Part shown: positions 27,290 through 39,983 of the stretch, one piece after another
Layout: the number at the start of each line of letters is the position of its first letter
How positions within the stretch are numbered: the first letter of the stretch is position 1
From: Eledone cirrhosa
Taxonomy: Eukaryota
Direction of reading: 5' to 3'
NCBI GenBank assembly: GCA_964016885.1
Contig: OZ024743.1
Coordinates: 62,744,001-62,808,000 of the forward strand
Length of the DNA: 64,000 bases
Translations under genes and position numbers: made by a program
The notes under the pieces: model-generated
Database searches by the model: none
What the model saw: only the letters and a program-made list of their open reading frames with translations
Told to the model about the DNA's origin: nothing

Positions 27290-29520
27290 AAAGGCGATTT
27301 CATCCTTCCCTGCTGGGTCAGGCGCGGGAATTGATGGCCTTCGTCCTCAACACCTCAAGGATGGTATCTCCTTATCGGCCGGTGACGCCGGACTCGAGCT
27401 CTTGGAGAGTCTGACTCAGTTTGTGAATCAGTTCTCTTCAGTGAACGTTCTCCCGTTCATCCGCCCACTGTTCTTCGGTGCGAAGCTATTTGATCTTACC
27501 AAGCGCAACGGGGACGTGCGCCCCATTGCGGTTGGCTGCACTCTTCGCCGCCTCACTGCAAAGGCGTGTTTGCTGTTGGTCTCCAACTCACTGGCGGAGG
27601 AATTTTCCCCCATCCAGCTGGGGGTGGGTACCAGGTTGGGATGTGAGGCTGCTGTCCACGCTGCCAGAGCATTTGCCAACTTGCCCTCTTCGTCGCCCAA
27701 GGTCATCCTCAAACTTGACCTCAGGAATGCCTTCAACTCCGTCAGCCGCGACATCGTCCTCGGCTCAGTAAGAGCCAGGGTCGCACAACTCTACCACTTT
27801 GCTTGGTAGGCTTATCGGGAGCCCTCTTACTTCTCTTTCGGTGACCAGATCATCACCTCTGCCTCAAGAGTCCAACAGGGTGACCCACTCGGGCCCGCAT
27901 TGGGCATTGATGACGTCACCAAGATGGGGACTGAGTTTGACCTCAATGTCTGGTACCTCGACGACGCCTGTTTGGGGGGGAACTCCGGATATGGTTCTCG
28001 TCACTGCCAACAGGATGGAGGAGGAGCTTGGCCGCCGGGGTCTCCAGATCAATAGTTCCAAATGTGAGCTCTGGATCGTCAACCACCCGGCTTCTCAACA
28101 CCTACAGCTGATCGACCTGTTCGCAGAGTCCTTCCCTTCCCCACCGGCTTGGTGCTCCTTAGGAGCCTCAATCACAGACCTGGCCTTCGAGTCAACCTTC
28201 CAATTGAAGATGGTTGGCCTTGAGCAGCTGCTGAGGAATATCGAAGTTATCGAACCCCATCAAGGTTTCTTCTTACTCAGGAACTACCTGTCTATTCCTA
28301 AGCTTCTGTATCTGCTCAGGGTCAGCCCCTCTCACAGATTTCGGTCCTGCCTCCAACGCTTCAACGACCTAATCTTCGAGAGACTCGAGTGTCTGGTCAA
28401 TCTTAGACTCTCTCCGGAGTTCCGCGATCAGGCTGCGTTGTCCAAGCGATTTTGGGGGGGGGGGTCTTAGTCTCCGTAAGTGTTCGTCCCTCTCTCTCTC
28501 CTGCTTCCTTTCCTCTACCCACACTTGCTCCACCCTGGTGAGCAGCATTCTCTCCTCTCCAACATGGACTAGTTCCAACAGGGAGTCGGGTGAAGCTCTC
28601 CAGCAATGGAGTGAGCTGGGCTTGTCTCTTCCTGAGAAGGTGGAGGACAGTCGAAGTCAGAGAGCTTGGGACAGCATAAGTTCGAAGGCCACCTTCGACT
28701 CCTTCTTCGTCCAGTCAGATCAGTTTGCAAGATGCCGCTTACTATCTGCCAGCGCCAAATACTCAGGCGACTGGGTCGATGCCCTACCCATGGCCAATGT
28801 TGGTGGCCTACTCAGCCTGGACGAACTTCGTGTCTCCATGGCCCTCAGAGTGGGAGCTGACGTCTGCATGGGTTTGAGGTGCTGATGCGGCAAACTCCTC
28901 GACTCCACGGTCTTTCTTGCCGCCTGAATGCCGGCCGCTTCGCGCGTCACACGGAGCTAAACCTCATTCTGAAGAGAGCTTTGGCCCGGGCGAATATCCC
29001 CTGTCTTGGAACCATCTGGGTTGTCCAGAAGTGACGGCAAAAGACCTGACGGCCTTACCCTGTGTCCCTGGTCGAGAGACAGGTGCCTTGTCTGGAACGT
29101 CACTGTTAGTGACTCTTTTGCTCTTTCCCACATCCTGGATGCTGCGGTTAGGACGAGAGTCACAGCTTCTGCAGCCGAGCGGAGTAAGACCCTCAAATAC
29201 TCTGCTCTGTCGGCCAGCTACATTTTTCAGCCTGTGGCTTTCGAGACGTTTGGGGGAGTCGGGCCGCTGACTGCGAGGTTCATTTCCTCACTGGCGGCTC
29301 GCCTAATAGAGGTGACTGGCGAATTTTGCAAGGGTGCTTGGCTGTTTCAGCGCATCAGCCTCGCCATCACCCGAGGCAACGCTGCGAGTGTGCTGGCTTG
29401 CCTCAAAAATCATTAGAGAGGTTGCCCAGTACTCGCGACGTTGCTATCTTTTGCTCCGTTGTTCACCCCTTCTTTTACATTTTCTTTAATATTGTAGCAT
29501 TGAAGGAATATATCTTTCAT
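27290..29520 (+). mobile_element. CRE-clade non-LTR retrotransposon (RT plus restriction-like endonuclease), 5'-truncated and frameshifted
   Basis: SFPAGSGAGIDGLRPQHLKD, RPIAVGCTLRRL, QLGVG...GCEAAVH, LKLDLRNAFNSVSR, VQQGDP, WYLDD, RSDGKRPDGLTL, K..KY, PVAFETFG, FQRISLAITRGNA; stop at 29416. Confidence 0.85.
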
Positions 29521-29706
29521 CGGTGGATTGGCAGTATCGGTAGAGGGTCGGACGCCATGCTTTCCAGCATAGTTACGTCCCTTTACGATCTGCGTTCAAA
29601 TCCCGCCGAGGTTGACTTTGCCTTTCATCCTTACGGGGTCGATAACATAAAGTACCAGTAATGCACTGGGTAATTGCTGGCCTTGTGCCTAAAGTAGAAA
29701 CAATTA
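29521..29706 (+). mobile_element. tRNA-derived SINE directly 3' of the CRE element
   Basis: Same family as 26758-26941. Confidence 0.85.
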
Positions 29707-32289
29707 TATCATCCTTTGTAGTGTTACTGAGGCATTTGTAATGTTATTTATGTATATATTTAAAACATTTGTTATGTTATTCTACTGTAAATTTATTTAT
29801 GTGCTCTGTTTATATTTTCATTCTGAAGGAACTTATCCACTTATGTTGATATATGTGATTTTATGACTTTCCTGTAAGCATTGTGTCCTTATATATGTTA
29901 TTATAAACATTTATGTGTGGTGTTGAAACGGTCGAGATTTGAGATTATATGGAAAGAAAATAAAAATTTGATTAAAAAGGAAAAGAAAGATAAAAAAAAA
30001 AACACAAGCGGTTAGCACATGCATCAGGGACCACACACAACAAAAGACAGGCGAAAGGGTTGGACAACCGAGCCGCTACCAGAGTAACAGATAACAGTAC
30101 CGCGAGGAGCACAGGGAAACCTCTCTAATAATTGTTGAGGCAAGCCAGCAGGCTCGCGGCGTTACCTCGAGTGATGACGAGGCTGAATATTCGATACTTT
30201 ACCCGATTTATTCAATTAATATTGTTATATCACACACACATATAAACTGTTGGTTGATATATATATATATATATATAATGCGTTGGTGTATCTCATCCAA
30301 CAAGTTATGCGTGTCCGAGTAAAGTATCAAATATATTTTCCAATTTCTCAATACTTCACAAATCAATAAAGTACTGTTCACATGCACACACGTATACGTG
30401 CTTGCTGTTAGTTACTAGATAAGGAATAAAAACTGATAAAAGGAGCTAAAACAATTAGTAAACACGAGTGAGAGAAAGGACAAATGTATTAATGATGATG
30501 ATAATGTCAATGAAGCAACTGCTGAAAGAATTTGGGAAAAGTTCTTTAATATACAACATATACGCAGTCTCTAAAAAGTAATGTAACTCAAAAGGGCCAG
30601 TCTTGTCACACTGAATCTCCCTGAGAACTACGTTTAAGGTACACATGTTTGTGAAATGCTTAACAACTTGTACGTTAATTTTAAGAGCAGACTTTTAAAA
30701 ACTAATGGCTACGTGTCGCTGGACCTGCTAAAAATAGCAGTCAAATCTTCCTCAAATCACACCATTAACCATTAACGCATAAAAAAAAGGAAGAAGAAAA
30801 GAATCATTACCTAATATAATCCTAGACAGTAATCATTCGTTTAAAGATCGGAAACAACTTCCAGTAATTTAAGAAGCATTGAGGAAATTTGAAAATATAT
30901 TAGCCACAATGCAGACAACTAATAAAAGTACGAATAGGCTATATAGCCGGTAAACCCTAAAGGAAGAGTTTCACCAGCCCCTTCCTTCTGTTGTCTGTAT
31001 CTGTTAATGTATTTACGAGTAGATGAGTGTGTATGTAACTAAAGCATAACGTACGTTACGAATGGACGACTGAATGATTTTAACTGAATTTTTAACAACT
31101 GATGGTGGAAAAGATTTCGAATTGTCTTAACTCGGACCGCAACTCATGGTGTCTGACACTCTTACCAGCTACATAGCCTCTTCTAAATAAGTAAAATAAG
31201 TCCTGTAAAATACCCCAGTAGACGGGGAAAAAGTTGACAGAGATGCCTTGCGAAATCGAACCACACAATCAACTATTGATTATAAAGTTGTCTGTATTAT
31301 GGCTAACTTATTTTCAAATTAAAACAAAAAATGTCATTTTCATTCACAGAAATTACCGGATGATGCTTGCGATATTAAAAAGAAAGATTACCGTCCCAGA
31401 CATATCTCGAAAAAGACGGAGTGGTCATGATTGAGAAGCCTTTGATTTATAAGGTATGTTTTGCTCAGACTGAACTGAGTTGCAGCTCAATAACAACGAC
31501 CAATAGCTAATAGAAATATTGATTAAAAAAAAAATATGAAGCGGGGTAGGAGAAAATAAAAGATTAGATTGACCTGAGCTTGTCCGATCGATTTCAAAGA
31601 TTAGAATGTCTGTGAGTGGTAAATGATTTCTGAATACTTCCTCACTTCTCCATTATTCAACTACTTCCCTACTTCCTTCTCTCGTTGCATGCCAGAAACT
31701 GGTAGAGAGAGAATCTTTGACTGGTTAGAAACACATTCTGCCGCTCTCCTACTTCTCAGCGTAATGTATTCAGTTTCTTTATTGTATCATGTTTATAACT
31801 CTCTCTCTCTCCATACATACATACATACATATTCTTTTATTAATTTATTGGTTTCAGAGACCGTGGGCTTTATTTTGTAGTACTTTATTCTGATTCAAGA
31901 CTGGCTTATTTTATCAAATAAGCACCAGTCACGGAACATAAACACAGATGTAAACATAGACATATATAAATGTGTGGGTGATTGTGGTTGTGTTGTTGGA
32001 AGTGTAGCAGTACCATAATATGGATTATAATTGACCTTTCTCACCAACTGTGTCAATATTACTGGTGCTGTTGTTTAGCCTCAAGTCTTCCCTGATTGAG
32101 TGGATCTATGATCAATAGTGTTCCAGCCATGACTGTCCCATCTTTATGTATATCCACAATTACATTGTCCAATTTGTCCTTGCGCGACGATTACAAGAGG
32201 AGTTCCTTGCCAAGAATAAGCCATTATATTTAGCTTTTGTTGGTCTAGAAAAGGCTTTTGACAGAGTACCTCAATCTAGTGGTCCTTAA

Positions 32290-32823
32290 TCCTTTAGCAT
32301 TTACATTACTATTATATTTTTATGGTAAAGGCTTTTTCTCACATAATTATCTCGCATAATATGAGATTTTGATGATAATATTATTTATTTTGAAAATAAT
32401 TGTTAATACTTTTGGCACAAGTCCAGCAATTATTCCAGTGCATTACTGGTACTTTATTTCATCGACCCCGTAAGGAGGAAAGGCAAAGTTAACCTCGGCG
32501 GGATTGGAACTCAGACCATAAAAGGCCGTAACTCTTAGCTGCTAAGCATGGCGTCCGACCCTCTACCAATACTGCCAATCCGCCAAGGATGAAAGGCGAA
32601 GTTAATCCCGCCGAGGTTAACTTTGCCTTTCATCCTTACGGGGTCGATAAAATAAAGTACCAGTAATGTACTGGGTAATTGCTGGCCTTGTGCCAATAGT
32701 AGAAACAATTATTATTTTGAAAATAATAACTTAATGTCAGTATGAGTGGCCAGTTATGGCTGGTTTGAACAGAAAGAAGTGAGAGAATTGTGGCTGGATA
32801 TGGCCAGTTTAAATGTTAAAGGG
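32290..32823. mobile_element. TTAA-targeting (piggyBac-like) MITE carrying a fold-back SINE
   Basis: TTAA at 32286-32289 and 32824-32827; termini (c/t)cctttagcattta...taaatgttaaaggg. SINE-free relative at 36303-36495. Confidence 0.75.
32401..32711. mobile_element. Inverted SINE pair with 16-bp TSD
   Basis: Full minus-strand SINE followed by a plus-strand 3' half; ttattttgaaaataat at 32385-32400 and 32712-32727. Confidence 0.75.
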
Positions 32824-34191
32824 TTAAGGAAATTAGGTGTAGAAGAATGGCTTATGAGAGCAGTGCAAGCTATGTACAGAGGAATTGTCAGTAAAGTGAG
32901 AGTAAGAAGTGAGTTTAGTGACGAATTCAAGGTTCATGTAAGAGTCCATCAAGGTTTGTTTCTTAGCTCTCACTGTTATTCATCATAGTTCTTCAGTCCA
33001 TAACAGAGGACTACTTTATGTAGATGACATGGTCCTTATAGCTGAATTCATAAAAGAACTAGAGAATAAGTTCCGACTATGGAACCAGAACTTGGAATCA
33101 AAACAGCTGAGAGTAAACTTATTCAAAACTAAAGTGCTAAATAGAAGGAAAGAAGATAGTATTCTGAATCCCTGAGTGAAGTGGCCCTGCTCAATATGTA
33201 GAAAAGGAGTAGCCATAAACTCTATACGATGTACACAATGTAAATCCTGTGTAGTTGAGAGATGTAATGGTATAACAGGTAGATTAACAGGAAGGGAAGA
33301 CTTTGTGTGTAGAATATACACAGGGGTAATCACGGGGAAGAGCATCAAAGATATAAACCTTTTTCCATCACGGAAAAGGTCCACAGAAGTGATTGAAAGG
33401 TTCTGCTATCTAGGTGACTTAATTAGCAGCAGGGGAGGTGCTCTGAGAGCATAATAGTTAGAATAAGGATAGGATGGAAGAAGTTTAGAGAGCTACTCCA
33501 AATATTGACAAAATATTTCTCTCTATGTACAAAAGGATGACTGTATGATGCCTGTGTGTGAAGTGCGATACTGCATGGTAGTGAAACATGGGCAATGACT
33601 ACAGAAGACATACGTAGGCTGGAGAGAAATGTAGCAACCATGCTTCGTTGAATGTGCAATGTAAATGTGAGAGAAAGGCAGCATTTGGATGAACTGAGGG
33701 AGAATCTGAGTTTAAGAGGAATCAGAAGTGGTGTGCAAGAGAAAAGACTGCGTTGGTATGGATGGATAATGATCGCTGAGTGAAGAAGTGCCAGGAAATC
33801 TCAATGGAGGGAAGCCACAGTAGGGGTAGACCAATGAAGACTTGGGCAGAGGTGGCGAGAGCTGATCTGAAATCACTGAGACTCACAGAAGAGATGATGA
33901 AGGAACACAGCGAGTGGAGAGATGCTGTGCTGAAAAGGACCGAACCAACCCACGCAAGCATGGAAAAGAGGCTGTAAAAATGATAATGAATGGTGAGCTT
34001 TGAAGGAGATTTGGTTAAAACTTTTAGCAGGTCAAGCGTAATGCCATTGCTGTCTTTCACTTACTACTACAACAACACAACTATTACTACTACTACTACT
34101 ACCAACACTACCACAATCTTCCCTACTACTACTACTAAGTATCTTGTCTTCTTTTTCAGTGTATCATCAAATTTAGCCGTAAGTTAGCAAT

Positions 34192-35115
34192 ATGGATGAA
34201 CTTCCAATTGGCAACAAGCCGGTCACCCCCAAGTCCAAGTTCTACTGCTGTGAACACTGTAACTTCAGTACTATCCATCATAGCCGCATGAACAGCCATT
34301 CTGTTGTCCATTCATTTAAGAGGCCATATATGTGTGATCAGTGCAGCTATGCAGCCAAACGAAAAAGTGATCTCAAGAAACACATCATTTACCGACACCA
34401 GATACAATATCTAGCCAAATCAAGCAACAAAACCTCCAAAATAGCATCAACCTCCACTCCCACACAACAATGTGCCACCTCTACCACCATCACTGACAAG
34501 CCTTTTGTGTATACGCTCTCCTCTGAACCAGAGGTTTCTTCACTCAGCAACCATGTTGAATCCAGTGATGTCCCTATTCACAGTAACCCACTACCATTGC
34601 CTCTTACCACTGTAAAACTGGAGATTGATGATGATGTAGAAATAATACCAGCACATCACATTCCATTTGAACACAACCCATTACAGCAGACATCCAGTTC
34701 TTTGTCTCTTGACGTTCCTATCTCTGTCTCTTTGCCATCAACAATATTCCAAATGGCTAAGATGGACAACAACACAAACAATATATGTATGTCCAGTTTA
34801 GGTTGTTCAGAAATAATAGCAACACCAACAACCAACCAACAGACAGAAAACATTACCAATAGCATAGCTTCTAATCAGTTGATATTTCCCCGTAGTATTT
34901 TAGTAACAACCAAAGATGCATCAGTTGCTACCATTCAGAGTTCTTTCTGTACCCACTGTCAGCTGTTGTTCTTTGACAATGGACTCTATGCAATGCACAT
35001 GGGATTGCACCATTCTGAAAATCCTTGGCAGTGTAATATTTGTGGTCAAACACACAATGATGTCTATTCATTTACCCTTCATTTTATAACACACCATCAG
35101 ACGGATGGAAAATAG
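34192..35115 (+). CDS. Ikaros/Hunchback-family C2H2 zinc-finger transcription factor (307 aa; 2 N-terminal and 2 C-terminal fingers)
   Basis: CEHCNF...HSVVH-SFKRPY-CDQCSY...HIIYRH; C-terminal CTHCQLLFFDNGLYAMHMGLHHSENPWQCNICG...FTLHFITHH matches the Ikaros/Hb dimerisation pair. Acceptor tcttctttttcag ends 34159; in-frame upstream TAA at 34180; AATAAA at 35973. Confidence 0.9.
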   Translation: MDELPIGNKPVTPKSKFYCCEHCNFSTIHHSRMNSHSVVHSFKRPYMCDQCSYAAKRKSDLKKHIIYRHQIQYLAKSSNKTSKIASTSTPTQQCATSTTITDKPFVYTLSSEPEVSSLSNHVESSDVPIHSNPLPLPLTTVKLEIDDDVEIIPAHHIPFEHNPLQQTSSSLSLDVPISVSLPSTIFQMAKMDNNTNNICMSSLGCSEIIATPTTNQQTENITNSIASNQLIFPRSILVTTKDASVATIQSSFCTHCQLLFFDNGLYAMHMGLHHSENPWQCNICGQTHNDVYSFTLHFITHHQTDGK

Positions 35116-35830
35116 TCATGAATTTTTCCCTTGGGATTACTCTTCATTACATAATGTAGTGTATTATGGCTCACACCTATGTTCATTTTATAACACATGA
35201 CCAGACAGGTGTAAAGGAACCCTAAAGCTTTTCCTTTGGGTTGCCCTTCATTTCATAACACCATTAAGCAGACGTAAAATAATCTTGAATTATTCCTAAG
35301 GGTTGCCTTTCATTGTATAATACATGATGAAACGGACATAAAATAGCCCTGAGGTTTTCCTTTTGGTTACCTTTTATCTCATAACTCAGCTGACTAAACA
35401 GATGTAAAGCCCTAAATCTCTCATCATCACCCTTCATTTAATAACACCACAAGATATAAAATAGTCCTGAGTTTTTCCTCTAGGTAACCTTTCATTTCAT
35501 CTAGGAAACAAACAAGTGTTCTGGGTCATGCTATTATTTTATAACACACCACCCAACAGACAGACCTAAAATATCCATGAATCCTTTCTCTAGGTTACCT
35601 TTTATTTCATAATATAATGTAATATAGCTCACACCTGTGCAAGCTAAGCTGGCCTTATAAGGTTTTATCTGATGAGTTTCTTGGGTGTTTTAATGACAAG
35701 GGCTCCAATCCTATCATGAAATGAAGTGTGTTGCTCAAGACATCTGGTCTAGGAATTGACCTTATGATCATCAGTCCAACATCCTAACCACTAATGATCA
35801 AACAGATGTAAAACATTCCTGAATTTTTCC
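35074..35830 (+). repeat. Degenerate ~60-bp tandem repeat starting inside the CDS end and running into the 3' UTR
   Basis: Unit acccttcattttataacacaccatcagacggatggaaaatagtcatgaatttttcccttgggatt recurs at ~35182, 35243, 35304, 35368, 35429, 35488, 35535, 35597 and partially ~35795. Confidence 0.8.
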
Positions 35831-36302
35831 TGCTCAATATTTACTGATTCTAAACTTTGGTGCTGACACTTAACTTTTTATCAATGTTTGTCTTATGAGT
35901 CAATGGAATCGCCTCTCTACAGACGTTTCGTGTTCTTCAGTTACCCAGAGGCAGTTGACATATAAGAGGAGAAATAAATTGTAACTATTTGACTAATTTT
36001 GAGTTTTATTTTTTATGTTCAAATTATATTTCCGCTATTAAATACCATTTAACAGTGAGTTTCAGGTGGTAAGTTGACAGATCTGTTACAGCATTGTATT
36101 AGATACCTCACATTTGTTTTTCATTGTTTTTTTGGAGTGTTGATAAAAATATAGTACCAGTACAGTACCTGTATATACTACCCAATACACATCTACCTCT
36201 ACACACACATAACCCTCAAAATTCTACACTCTACTCGCTATCTAAAATATATCGCAACTGTATTCCCTATATGGGTATACTTTTTTGGTTGAAAGTATTT
36301 AA

Positions 36303-36495
36303 CCCTTTAGTATTCACATTACTCTATATATACTATTATATTTTCATGGTAAAGGCTTTACCTCGCATAATATCGCATGAGATTTTGAAAGTATTTATTT
36401 TGAGAACAATACCTTAACATCAGTTTGAGCGACCAGTTACAGCCAGTTTCAACAGAAAGAGGTAGAGAATTCTGGCCAGTTTGAACATTAATGGG
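36303..36495. mobile_element. TTAA MITE
   Basis: TTAA-ccctttag...taatggg-TTAA; internal sequence matches 32290-32823. A possible older copy lies at ~43138-43361. Confidence 0.7.
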
Positions 36496-36850
36496 TTAAG
36501 TGTTGATATATCTGTCTCTGGGTATATATGTAAATGTCAATATGGCATTTCAGGAGAAATACAGTTTAAGAACATATATTCCCACAAATTAGCCCTATTA
36601 CAGATACCAGCACATGTAGCTTATATGAGACTATCTATAATTGTTTCTACTTTAGGCACAAGGCCAGCAATTATCCAGTGCATTACTTTATTTTATCGAC
36701 CCCGTAAGGATGAAAGGAAAAGTCAACCTTTGACTATCTATAATGATATATAATTAGTTGAGTGCAAACACACAATTCCTGGTGTATGAACCTATGGAAG
36801 CATAAATAAATGCTTACTTGAGGATTTATTGTATGCCCAATTGTGGAGAC

Positions 36851-36883
<33 letters not shown>

Positions 36884-37872
36884 ATAATTCTACTTTTGGC
36901 ACAAGGCCAGCAATTTTGGGGGAGAGGAAAGTCGATTGAATCGACCCCAGTGCGTGACTGGTACTTTATTTTATCAACCCTGTAAGGATGAAAGGCACAG
37001 TTAACCACGGCAGGATTTGAACTCAGATCATATGCAAAGCATGGTGTCTGACCTGCTACCGATTCTGCCAATCCACCACCGCTTCTTTGTATATAATAAT
37101 AATGAAAATTATTGTGTATAGTGCTCAGGTGCACTACAACTCATCGAAAGTGCATGTATAGTACATAGAATAATTGTTTCTACTTTTGGCATAAGGCCAG
37201 CAATTATCCCAGTGCGTGACTGGTACTTTATTTTATCGACCCTGTAAGGATGAAAGGCACAGTTAACCACGGCGGGATTTGAACTCAGACTATAAAGGGC
37301 CGTAACTCTTGCTGCAAAGCATGGCGTCCGACCTTCTACCGATACTGCCAAGCCCCCAATAATGTACAAATGTCAGGAAAGTGAACAGTGTATGAGTCAT
37401 GATATACACACACACACATGCATGTGTGTGGAGGGGGAATATCAGGTGTAGTGTTGGCGAATTTCAGGAAGCATGGAAGTTTTGAAGGATGCAGTGTCCC
37501 GCTAGGTGTGTATATTTATGTCTGTGTGCATATACATATGGGTGAGAATGAATCTGAGTCTACATCTTAATAGAGACATCTAAGGAGATATATATATGTA
37601 TCTGTAAAATGTATATGCACTTATATGGGTGTGTGAATATACTTGGGTGGATGTGTGTGTGCATGCATTTATGGGGACACTAACATGCCAACATGACTAT
37701 GTATTTCCGTGTGTACCCGATAGTATTTGAATGTGAATTATTTAAAACTGGTTTACTTTATCCCAGGATCAAAATTCTAAGATTAGTTTCCATGAATTGT
37801 CTCTCTTAACTTGAAGTGAAATTAGGTGGTTTTTTTGTTTGTTTTTAAATGAATGTTTTTATCCCTCTATAC

Positions 37873-39166
37873 CAGTGGTTCTCACCCAGGGTCCATATGG
37901 ACTCTAGCAGTCCATATAACATTACTAAAGGTCCACAAACAAAAAAAAAAAAAAAAAAAAAAAAGTAAATTGGAGGTCCACAGTAATATTTTAGTGGTCC
38001 ATAGAGCAATTTCAGTCCAGAACAGTTGTTACAACTGAGAATTGGAATTTCTACAGTAATCTACGCCATATTAAAATACTAAAAATTGAAATATTCACAT
38101 AACTTTGGTTCTTTTGATAGCTATCATTAACATTAATGCTATTTTAATAGAAATCTGGTATTTTTCTTTGCTTATGGTTCAATATATATTGAAAAATACA
38201 TGGATTGACTCTCATACCATGACATTTTGAAGTAGGTGGAGCTTCATGCATCTATTTGAAAGTAGGGCTACCGAAATAAATTTACTTAATAAACAGCTCC
38301 AAGGAAAAAAAACTCTGATCTCATATCCTGTAAAGGTGCTATTACTGCAGTTCTACAAAATTAATATCGGATGTCATGCATTTGAAGTTTCCTAGTTTGG
38401 CCTCGATAAGCGGCGATTTGTATGGTAAACATTTGAAAAGTTTGAATGAAGATATGCAAACTCGGTTTAGTGACTTACTCATGATGGATATACCAGCATG
38501 GGTGACAATTGGACAATTCCTTTTGAAGTTAATGCTGCTGATGTAGACATTTCTTTGCAGGAGACTCATTGATTTGCAGAGTGATGAAATATTGCAAGCA
38601 AAATTCGAAGATGGGAATCATATATGGAAAACAAATGACACTGCTAAAAAATATCCATTACTCTGGGAAAAAGCACAGCTCTGCATTATTGCTTTTCATC
38701 ATCTTATTTTGTTGAATCAGGTTTTAGTTGTATGTCTCACTATCAAAAGCCCGTAATAAACTCTACATTGTGAAAAAGGGTGATCTTCGACTATCATTGA
38801 CATCAATGGAGCAGAATATAAAAAAAAAACTCGCAATGCAGCATCCACCACAGGGATTTCATTGAATAAATCTGCACATTTTTTTTTTAATTCATTACTT
38901 ATTCAGATATTTAAAATGGTTTAAAATGAATTATTTTACTTGTGTGCATAAATGTTCCAGAGAACTTAGTTGTTAAATACAAGTTTATAATCATTAAATT
39001 AGTTTTACTTCAAAATAAAGCATATACATTTACTATTTCTATAATACAATTCCTAAACTTACCTACACAAAATAAGTTGTTTTTTTTCATCGAATGGTTA
39101 TGGAGGTCCACCAAAAAAATTAAGAGTAAAAGTGGTCAATGGATAAAAAAAAGTTGAGAACCACTG
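37873..39166 (+). mobile_element. hAT (Buster/Charlie) internally deleted DNA transposon
   Basis: TIRs cagtggttctca / tgagaaccactg; 8-bp TSD ctctatac/ctctaaag (6/8, central TA); transposase C-terminal remnant HLKSLNEDMQTRFSDLL...LQSDE...KYPLLWEKA...GDLRLSLT. Confidence 0.9.
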
Positions 39167-39983
39167 CTCTAAAGAAAATAAGATGTGAACATACGAACAA
39201 CAAGAAAAAAATATTCTTCTTTCGAAAGATACTCTGTACATAAGATGCATGATTCCAATATTCCTAAAAAAAAAAAAATGGATGCTTCATTGACAACCCC
39301 ATTCATTATAAAAACTTTTATCATCTCTCTGAGGAGAAAGAATATGACGCTATAGCCATATATCTAAACCTATAGATAGTCATGACTATGTGAAATATTT
39401 CCAACATTTTGAAGAATGGAATTCATATATCTTTCTAAACATATGTAAGAGAAGTTAAAATGTTTCCATTAACACTCTTGTTCATATATATGTTTTGTTT
39501 ATGTATATCAAGAATGAATGCTTAAACAAGATAACTGTTTACCAGAGAATTTGACTCAATGGTATCCTTTGATTCGTATATCCACTGCATGGATTATCTC
39601 TGAATCAAAGTGATGAACCCAACCCTCATCATGGGTTTGGAAATGTTCAAGGAAACCAACTGGATCTGCCTCAGGCACTTGCTTATATTATATATATATA
39701 TATATACACACACATGTAGATATATTATGGGGGTCAATAAAATAAAGCACCAGTAATTCACTGAGATAATTGCTGGCCTTGTGCCAAAAGTAGAAACAAT
39801 TATTTAATATAGAAATTGTTTCTACAGGACTAGAACTGTTTCATTTGTATGAAATCATCAGGAATGCCAAGTGACATAGAGTTGTTCATACCTATAGGAT
39901 TCCTAATGGTAAGCAATGGTTGTGGTGGGGGAACCGTATTTTAAAGAGCAGATTAGAAGAGAGAATGGAAGGAAAGATAGAAT

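Larger units (their letters stand above)
32185..33990 (+). mobile_element. Decayed RTE (PHD-insert family) interrupted by a MITE
   Basis: LEKAFDRVP...WSL|RKLGVEEWL, WPCSICRKGVAINSIRC, FCYLG, ILHGSETW, GRPMKTW; many stops. Confidence 0.85.

Noticed and set aside
29823-29940. Possible hammerhead with long stem II (ctgaagg...gaaacggtc)
   Set aside because: Core deviates from CUGANGA and stem I does not pair convincingly; at most a decayed pLTR remnant.
35912-35950. Minus-strand CTGAAGA-acac-GAAACGTC hammerhead-like core
   Set aside because: No stem II and poor stem I; cannot be told from chance.
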